Positions 52,562-64,000 of a DNA stretch of 64,000 bases are shown here, in pieces (within the stretch, counting starts at the first letter, position 1; each line of letters begins with the position of its first letter). A program made the translations under genes and the position numbers. The stretch is from positions 24,242,001 to 24,306,000 of the forward strand of contig CM022677.1 of the NCBI GenBank assembly GCA_012295275.1. The letters are read 5' to 3'. This stretch comes from Chrysomallon squamiferum. Taxonomy: Eukaryota; Animalia; Mollusca. The notes beneath the pieces were generated by a model that made no database searches, had not been told where the DNA came from, and saw nothing but the letters and a program-made list of their open reading frames with translations.

Positions 52562-53342
52562 ACACACATATACATACACACATACACATACAGTCGGGAT
52601 ATCGTCTCCTATTTCAGAAAGAAAAGAGATGCCAGAAATCAGAGAAAGCCCGTAAAACAGTCTGTTGCAACGACAACGACAACGACAACACCGAAACCAA
52701 CGAAAGAAAACTGCAGGCAAATTTCCGATGAAATAACTCATCGTTATGGAAACTGGAATACGTTTACACGTAAAACTACTGCTACTATTACGATTACCGC
52801 TACTACCACTACTCCTTTTATACTACTAGAATCATCGCTATTATTATCACTACTACAACAACAGCAGCTACTGCTGCTAATATTATCTATTACTATTACT
52901 ACTTGTGTTATTAGTTTTATTAAACTGTTCACTTTACTACTTTAACAGATACATACATGTTGACAGATTAATTATTAATTAACGTCACTTTACAATTATT
53001 AATGCTTTACATATACTTACATATTCTTTCTACTTTACTTATTGGTTTCTTCATTTACTGGTGATGTCGTCTTTATTTATTCATCCACTGTTCCTTACTT
53101 TCTTGTTCCTTCATCTACTTAACGACAACACAGCGGTGTGGCTGTCGTGGGGTGGGTGTGGCAGATGTTCAAAGTCGTGCGGGGGCGGGGCCAAGGCTCG
53201 AGTCCCGCCTTTCCCGTGGGGTAGGGGATGGTTGCAAACATCGGATGAAAGTTTGTGAAGTTAAGGAATGCAACACGATTGCCTGCGACGGTTTGTCTGC
53301 CATTTCTGGTTGGAGTCCATATAATTAGTTATCGTAATACCA

Positions 53343-53374
<32 letters not shown>

Positions 53375-53446
53375 CCTCTGTAAATATATATATATATATA
53401 TATACAGATTAAATAGGCAAATAGAATAGAAACACACACATTATAT

Positions 53447-53484
<38 letters not shown>

Positions 53485-53819
53485 GTCTGTGTGTTTCTAT
53501 TTGCCTATTTAATCTGTTTTTGTACCTATCTGTCTGTCTATCTGTCTGTCTGCATATCTATCTATCTGTCTGTATATCTGTCTATCTACGTATTTCTACC
53601 AAACTCGCTGTTTTTGTCTGTATTTACCTATGTATCTGTCTATCTGTACAACTGCCTCTCTGATTTTTTATAGCTGCTAGTCTGCCTCTGTGTTTATATC
53701 CGCATCTCTGTTTCAATTCTGCATGTTTCTCTGTCGTGTTAGTCCGCTAACTGAAAGCTGCTATCCTGTCCATCTCAAACATGTATCCCTGCTTAGATTC
53801 ACGTTAATCCTGTTTGTCT

Positions 53820-54720
53820 TAATTTCAAACTACTGTCAGTCTGTCTGTCTGTCTGTCATCTACGTATTATTTCTGACCACTGTGGTGTATTTTTCTGACT
53901 GTCATTTACCTATTAATCTATCTATCTATCTATCTGTATTAACTGACTACTGTCAGTCTCTTTTTATTAATTCTGACTACTGTCAGTCTCTGTGTATATG
54001 ATCTGTCATCTCAGTTTAACAAGTTCTGTATTAACTTCTGACTACTGTCAGTCTCTCTGTATTAGTTTCTAATTCCCCTCTGTATTAACTTCTGAACTGT
54101 CAGTCTCTCTGTATCCTACTGTCATCTCTGTAAACATGTATCCCTGTATTAACTTATAATTCCCAGTCTCTGTATTAACTTTGAATCCTGTCATCTGTAT
54201 TAACCTGTCTCCCAGTCTCTGTATTAAGTTCTGACTACTGTCAGTCTCTCTGTAATTAACTTTCTCTGTATTAACTTCTGACTACTGTCAGCCTTATAAC
54301 TCTGTATTAATTTCTAAACTACTGTCAGTTTCTCTGTATTAATCTCTGACTACTGTCAGTCTCTCTGTATTAATCTCTGACTACTGTCAGTCTCTCTGTA
54401 TTAATTTATAAGACGTAACGTATTGTGACGGTGTATTTTTAATTTCATTACTGACTACTGTCAGGCTGCTGTAGGTTCTGACACCTAAACTACTATCAGA
54501 TGTATTAATTTCTGAACTGTCAGTCTCTCTATATTAATTTCTGACTACTATTAGTGAGAAATATTCAGTGCTGTAGAACTGGCTGATTAAAATCTACTAT
54601 CAATATTCATTAATTTCTGACTACTGTCAGTCTCTCTATATTAATTTCTGACTACTATTACTGTATTAACTGACTACTGTCATCTCTGTGACTACTGTCA
54701 GTCTCTGTATTAATTTCTAG
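53820..54720 (+). repeat. ~31-bp minisatellite with internal hairpin
   Basis: Unit TCTCTGTATTAATCTCTGACTACTGTCAGTC (for example at 54331 and 54362) with many degraded copies. Contains the inverted repeat CTGAC-TACT-GTCAG. Confidence 0.85.
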
Positions 54721-55996
54721 ACGTAACGTCATGCGAGGGTGGTTTTATTTCATTACGGAGGCAGCTGCTGCAGGTTCGCACCTAAGAATCAAGATGAACC
54801 AAAGGTAGAACTATCAGAACTGGCGATTATCACAATATTAACAGCACTGACACGATCATCTGTGTGTGTGTGTGTGTGCTTCCACTAATACTCTTCTGAA
54901 TCCATCCTCCACCAGAAAATCCACTGATATATAATGATGTATCTAGATTTGTGTGCTATCCAGTGCTGTGTTGTTTCAGAGGTACTGCGAGTGGATGGGC
55001 GCGAACCTGGTGGTTCTGCAGAGTGAGACGGAGCAGACGTTCCTCCACGGCTACGTTGTCAGAAATTACAGCGGTAACAGCAGGCAGCACTGAGTCTCGT
55101 CTTGTCAACCTTTGTCAGCCGCACAGGTTGTCTGTGCTGCATAGGGTGATGATGATGATGATGATTGTGATGATGATGATAATAGCGATTGTGATGATGA
55201 TGATGATGATGGTTGTGGTGATGATGATGGTGATAATGATGACGGTGATGGTGTTGAAGATGATGGTAATGGTGGTAATGATGATGATTGTGACGATGAT
55301 GATAATGATGATAATGATGACGGTGATGGTGATGACGATGATGATGGTGATGGTACTAGTGGTGCTGATGCTGTTACAAAAGACGACGATGATGGTGATG
55401 ATGATGATTATAAAAAACATGATTATGATGATGTGACAACGAAGACAGTAATAATGATTATTTTGATAATGATTATTGTGATGATGATTGCATAGGCATT
55501 CATGATAACCACGACATTTATCGTAATGAAACAGATGAAGACAATGATTGTATTTTTTTATGACAATGAAGATAATCATGATACTTTTTTTAAAAACGTT
55601 ATTTCATAATTTCCACAGACGAACAGCTACCTAATACACCCAAACCCACGCACACGCACACGCACACACATGTATAAAACAAGTAATGCATTTCCCTATT
55701 ACACAAATAACGTAATAAAAACATTTTTCACAGATTTTGGCTTCTGGATTGGGACCAACTCGGTAGTGGCGCCAAATTATTGGTACTGGTTCACCAACGA
55801 GACAATGCAGTTCGTGGACTACGCCAGACATGTTGTCGACAACTCCACGGAATCCGCGTAAGCTGCATTCGTCAAAAACAACATCGTCACGTGGGAGGCG
55901 TCAAACTGCACCAACTCCTACAACGACGTGTGGGAGTTTAAGCCTAAAAAAATTTCATAAAAGAAAAGTGTAGACGCGTGTGACAAATTAGTGTCG

Positions 55997-56078
<82 letters not shown>

Positions 56079-56142
56079 AACTTGTCAGAATCACAGATTG
56101 TGTTGTTTGTTGTCCTTTGTTGTGTTATTATTATTGTTAGTA

Positions 56143-56201
<59 letters not shown>

Positions 56202-56303
56202 GCTGTTTTTGTTGTTATGGTTATTATTATGTTGTTGTTAATATTATTATTGTTGTTGTTATTGTTGTTGTTGTTGTTCTTCTTCTTCTTCTTCTTCTTC
56301 TTC

Positions 56304-56344
<41 letters not shown>

Positions 56345-56840
56345 TTAAATAGTACTGCTACTACTATTGTCATTATTATTATCGTTATAATATCTCTTTC
56401 TATCTGTGTATGTTATATATGTGTACGCAGTTGTCGGTTTGTGTGTATGTACACACACACACACACACACACACAGACACACACACACACACACACAGAC
56501 ATACCATATATATATATACACATCCAGACGATACGGAAAACACATGGAAGGATGGACAGACAGATGCACAGATGGATGGATGGACAATGAGAAAGACATC
56601 AGCGTTTACAACAGAAATGACGGAAATCAGTTTTATTAGATATTTGAATTATTTTGTTACACGTACACGTGACATGTTATCATTCATAACAATAACCACG
56701 GCGTGAATCTACAGAAAATGTATCTGAAAATTAAAATGATAGCAAAAATTTTAAAATAAATAGCAAAAATAAAAACACAACTAATAAAACAAACACACAC
56801 ACACACACACACAGACATACAGGTGTGTATATATGTAAAA

Positions 56841-56877
<37 letters not shown>

Positions 56878-57194
56878 GAAGCAAAATCAAACAGAAAAAA
56901 AATTAAAAGCCATGAATTAAAATTACAAATATATATGAATGTAATCAAAGTATATAATAAAAAAAAAAAATAGTAAAACAAATAAGTAATGCACCATTAC
57001 TTAGATGGGTATTTTTTTTATATTTTATTTATTTATTTATTTATTTTTTTATTTTTTGTTGTTGTTGTTGTTGTTGTTGTTGTTGAACTAGAGTAGTCTT
57101 GGATTTTTTTGTTGTTTTTTTTACGTTTTTTAATATACATTTTGGAGTTTTGGTAACTAATTTCTAATATAATTATTTTCATTTTTTGTATTTA

Positions 57195-57234
<40 letters not shown>

Positions 57235-57365
57235 TAATTAATTTTGATCAATTTAATATAAAAAATTCGTAGATAAACTTCTATTATAATAAACATCAAA
57301 AGGTTGAATAATCAATAAAGTATCACATTCCACCATATATTAAAACGGGGTTTTTGAGTATGTGC

Positions 57366-57412
<47 letters not shown>

Positions 57413-57422
57413 TGTGTTTGTT

Positions 57423-57493
<71 letters not shown>

Positions 57494-57583
57494 TCTGTCT
57501 AAGATTTTAATAGAAAGCTGTTCGTTTCACCATCAGTCACGTGATTGTGACATCCAATCAATGAGGATTACGTATAACGACAA

Positions 57584-57590
57584 TATAAAA
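57584..57590 (+). promoter_or_regulatory. TATA box of the C-type lectin gene
   Basis: TATAAAA begins 42 bp upstream of the ATG at 57626. Confidence 0.55.
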
Positions 57591-57625
57591 TAAAACTATT
57601 TCTGTACTTTTCATTTAGTCCCAAA

Positions 57626-58007
57626 ATGTCGACAAAGTTCACTACAGTATTTCTGATTTTTCTCTTTCTTCACAGTAAGTTTATTATACCTGTATTTTTA
57701 ATAATCTGTTTGTTTCAATAAACTGTTTTTTTCCGTTTGTATTTAATAACAAATGGTAACACACCATTCATAGCTCATAAGTATTAATACATTTTCGTGT
57801 CTAACGTAATGTACATAATGCCTATAAATAAATTATGATATTTATTTATAAATGTACATAGTATTTATTCTCTTATTTCGTATTTTAGTTTCAGAAACAA
57901 ACGGGAATAATAAAACAGAGGGTAATTATTTATATTATATATAAGTAACATTAAATAGCTATAGATATGTAAGCATATATATGTATTTATGTGTGTATGT
58001 CCATGTG

Positions 58008-58058
<51 letters not shown>

Positions 58059-58239
58059 TTTATACATACATGAATATTTTCAGTCTTTTCTTCGAGTTTA
58101 CATTTATTTATTTATTAACTTTATTTATTTATTAACTTATTTATTTATTTATTTATTTATTTAGTAGGTTAGTTAGTTAGTTAGTTAGTAACTTACTTCT
58201 TTATAATATAATTAAAAGTTAAAGGACAAGGCGCACCTC

Positions 58240-58328
<89 letters not shown>

Positions 58329-59212
58329 ATATGTGTGTGTGTATCTATATTTATATCTATATATCCATCTATATATATATAGATATGATTTAGGTACGTA
58401 GATAGGTAAGTAGACAAGTAGACAGGTAGTTATGTACGTAGATACCTACCTGTGTTTGTACCTGTGTCTGTGATTATAAGTGTAAATGATTTTGTGTTGC
58501 AGGTAAATGTCCGATGGGATTTACCGAGTTCCAGTCCACGTGCTACTGGATCTCCCCCCTGCACGTGAAGGAGGAATGGATCGACGCCCAGGTACGACTG
58601 TCCTAGTGAGATAAACACAGCGTGTGTGTTACACGTGTGTGGTATATTCACTAGGAACTGTTTGTTTGTCAATATATGTCTTTTCTTTTATTTTGTGTTT
58701 TTATTTTTATTTTTATTTTTTGCTTTCTGTGTATAAACGTACATTATCACTGGATAGATAAATATAGATTATAGATATCTGTTATATATTTCATTATATA
58801 TTGTAGTATGTTACATTATATATTATATTATATTGTATTGTATTGTATTATAATTATATTATATTATATTATATTACATTATATTATATTACTTTATATT
58901 AATATTATATTATATTGTATTGTATTATATTATATTATATTATATTATATTATATTATATTATATTATATTATATTACTTTATATTATATACGAACACAT
59001 GTACAGAGACACATTCACATCTATACACGCACATTCACGCACGCACGCACACTCACACAAATGCAAGCGCGCACGCAGACGATGTTTGTTCACGTGTGTG
59101 TAGGCTGTGTGTTTTCACATGAACTCGAACCTGGCTGTGATCGACTCGGAGGAGGAACACAACCACTTAACTCAGATGTTACACAGTCGAAGACGAGGTA
59201 CAAACCCGTCCA

Positions 59213-59252
<40 letters not shown>

Positions 59253-60118
59253 CCTGTCTGTCTATCTGTCTGTCTGTCTCTCTCTGACTATCTATCTGTC
59301 TGTCTGTCTGTCTACTCTCTCTGACTATCTGTCTGTCTGTCTGTCTGTCTACTCTCTCTTACTATCTGTCTGTCTGTCTACTCTCTCTGAGTATCTGTCT
59401 GTCTGTCTACTATATCTGGCTGTCTGTCTGTCTACTCTCTCTGACTGTCTGTCTGTCTGTCTACTCTCTCTGACTATCTATCTGTCTGTCTGTCTGTCTA
59501 TTCTCTCTGACTGTCTATCTATCTACCTATCTATCTATCTATATAAATATCTATCTATCTGTCTTTCTATCTATATAGATATATGTATGTGTGTATGTAT
59601 GTATATATGTATATAGATTATATATGAATATATCTATGTATGCATGCGTGTTCATGTATCAGTGTTGGTGTTCATGATTGTGTATACATATGTCTGTGTT
59701 TGTGTGTGTAGGTATGTATGTACATATGTATCTAAGTATTAATATACGAACGTATGTACTGGAATTAATAACGTGTATCAGTGTGTATATTCCGTGTGTG
59801 TGTGTGTGTATATGTGTATATGTGTATGTATGTATGTATGTATGTACGTATGTACGTATGTGTGTATGTGTGTATGTATGTATGTATGTATGTTTGTATG
59901 TATGTATGTGTGTATGTGTGCGTATGTGTGTATGTATTTATGTATGTATGTATGAATGTATCTATATATGTATGTATGTGTGTGTATGTGTGTATGTTTA
60001 TATGTATGTATGTACGTATGTACGTATGTATGTATGTATGTGTGTATGTACGTATGTATGTATATATGTCTCTCTGTCTCTGTTTTAATAATTATTCTAA
60101 CTCACACTGTTTTTTATT

Positions 60119-60211
<93 letters not shown>

Positions 60212-60436
60212 ACAGAGGCTTTCTACATCGGGGGTAGTGATTTTCTCATGGAGATGATCTTCACGTGGACGGTGCCTGAAGTCTACGCGAAGATGAACTA
60301 CAAGAACTGGGCGGATCGGTTTCCCAACGCCGGCCACGGACTCCACTGCGTCGCCATGGTTGGCAGGCTGGACTTCAAGTGGGCGAACCTGCTGTGCTAC
60401 ACGAGCTACCCCTTCATCTGCGAGAAACACCTTTAG
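57626..60436 (+). CDS. Secreted single-domain C-type lectin (perlucin-like), 161 aa, 5 exons
   Basis: Exons 57626-57674 (MSTKFTTVFLIFLFLH), 57889-57921, 58503-58591 (KCPMGFTEFQSTCYWIS...EWIDAQ), 59104-59197 (AVCFHMNSNLAVIDSEEEHNHL) and 60216-60436 (FYIGGSD...NWADRFPN..HCVAM...WANLLC...FICEKHL*). GT-AG introns, phases 1/1/0/1 consistent, six canonical Cys, AATAAA at 60535-60540. Confidence 0.9.
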
Positions 60437-60604
60437 AGCTTCGTCTAGCCCGCGCTGTGACGTCACTACCTCCGCCCGCGTATCTTCCTCGGTGACGTAA
60501 TGTCCGCTGTTCGATGCGAAGAGGTTTATTTAGTAATAAAATACGAGTATCTCCGAATGTCTTTGTGTAATTAAATAAGTAATGGTGTACTCCATCTATA
60601 TGTA

Positions 60605-60877
<273 letters not shown>

Positions 60878-61011
60878 AGTCTACCATTTTATCTTTTCCT
60901 TAATAATAATAACAACAACAATAAATTGAATACGATTTAATTTTATTTCGTTGTTTTGTACATCTATATTGTGTTTTTATTCTTTTTGCCTTTCTTTTTG
61001 CTTACTTTCTT

Positions 61012-61101
<90 letters not shown>

Positions 61102-62027
61102 CATGTATGTATGTATGTATGTATGTATGTATGTATGTATGTATGTATGTATGTATGTATGTATGTATAATCAATTGATAAAATTAAATAATAATTAAAA
61201 TGAAGGTAAGAAAATCAATGTAATTCAACACATGTCGAAATACCATAAATCAAATTAAAATGTTAATTAAAAAAAAAAAAAACATGTAAAATAATAACAA
61301 AATAAAAGTAATTATTTGCTTACAAAATTATCAAAAACAAATATATAAAATTAGACAGTTAAAAATAAATTGTAGAAATTTAAAAATTAATGTAAAGTCA
61401 GTTAAGTTATTATTATTCTACGACATACAGTATGTTTTAATTTTATTTATCTTTTTGCTTTCTATACCTATATTCTTTTAATAAAATATATTCATAAAAT
61501 TCGCAAGCTCTGTTTCTCTTGCTTCGCTTTCGCTGATATGTAATTTTAATAGTGAAAATCATGTGTGTTCATTTATTAGATCAAACAGTCAGCAGTGAAT
61601 TTGCCCCGTTCATTTCAGCTGTTAAAAAGCATTGCTTTGTTATATTTTATTTGTGAATATGCTCACATAACGGGACTCCAAAAATCAAATTAGGCTGGAC
61701 CTTTCGGACCAGAAAACCTGTATTACATATCTGATTTTCTATTTGCATAAAGTCTTTCTCAGTCATTGTATTTTTATTATGCTGTGTTAATGTTAATTTT
61801 TGTATTCGTATTATATCTTTTTGTGTGTATATGTGAGTGGATATGTGTGTATGTAACTCTCTCTGCGTTTGTCTTTTTTCTCTCTGTTCTTCTGTGTCTG
61901 TTTGGGTGTGTCTCTCTCATCCTGCGTACATTTTTACTATCTTAAACGTATGTGCATTAAAGCATAAACACCAAAACAACAACAATGTTAACTGGAATCG
62001 GACCAGAAATTTAGAAAATGATTTTCT

Positions 62028-62115
<88 letters not shown>

Positions 62116-62227
62116 AAGAGAGAAAGAGAGCGATAAAGAAAAGAGAGAAAAAGAATGAAAGAGAGAGAAAGAAGAAGATACAACTAGAAGTGAACATTTG
62201 ACTGATCAAGAAGAGACACAAATTAGA

Positions 62228-62648
62228 TATTCATTGCCAAAGAAAAGAACTCGAGCTGAGAGATTTTTATTTTTATTATTCAATCGAGTAATTTACTGTC
62301 AAAGAAAACAATTCAAGTAAAAAAACAAACAAATTTCGGTCGAGTAATTCATTGTCAGAGAAAACGTTTCGAGTTAAGAGATTTTAATATTTTTTATTTT
62401 TCAATCGAGTAATTTACTGTCAGAAACACAACTCGAGTTAAAAGATTTTAATATTTCTGTTTCAGTCGAGTAATTCACTTTCAGAAACACAACTCGAGTT
62501 AACAGATTTTAATATTTTTATTTTTCAATCGAGTAATTTACTGTCAGAAACACAACTCGAGTTAAAAGATTTTAATATTTCTATTTCAATCGAGTAATTT
62601 ACTGTCAGAAACACAACTCGAGTTAAGAGATTTTATTTTTTTATTTTC

Positions 62649-62660
<12 letters not shown>
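62228..62660. repeat. ~62-bp tandem repeat, about 7 copies, in the 3' flank of the - strand lectin
   Basis: Unit TCAATCGAGTAATTTACTGTCAGAAACACAACTCGAGTTAAAAGATTTTAATATTT.. starts at about 62280, 62336, 62401, 62462, 62525 and 62586, and stays in register with the stop codon at 62649. Confidence 0.9.
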
Positions 62661-63853
<1,193 letters not shown>

Positions 63854-64000
63854 CTGAAAACAACAAAAACATCATTCTTTAAAATTTCCTTTTATTAACT
63901 TTTTACATAATAAATGTTAGTGTTATTTTAAAACTTGTTGTTGTTGTTTTTTTTTATATATATAAACACACATACATACATATACATACATACATACGTA

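Noticed and set aside
53820-54720. 31-bp hairpin repeat and the 62-bp repeat at 62228-62660 as CRISPR-like arrays
   Set aside because: Units are head-to-tail with no unique spacers, there are no cas genes, and the context is eukaryotic.

Overview
AT-rich, microsatellite-saturated animal genomic DNA with spliceosomal introns. It is probably a mollusc, but that is inferred from gene content only. Almost all listed ORFs are translations of simple repeats. Reading splice sites and exon phases by hand gives six protein-coding loci. (1) A 4-exon + strand orphan protein rich in short linear motifs (10104-14576). (2) A complete 17-exon - strand DC-STAMP-domain/C4C4-RING gene of the DCST1/Sneaky type (42302-29418), with one apparent 1-nt frameshift. 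(3) A 6-exon - strand gene for a 144-aa secreted protein made of two divergent TSP1-like repeats (48381-44426). (4) A divergently transcribed, multiply disrupted + strand mosaic locus: signal, EGF, ZP-N-like, TSP1, C-type lectin (about 49855-55960). (5) An intact 5-exon secreted perlucin-like C-type lectin (57626-60436). (6) The last two exons of a third C-type lectin on the - strand. There are also several minisatellites, local duplications, an ATCGAT-dense tract and a promoter-like E-box cluster. All family calls come from motif recognition; no database search was possible.
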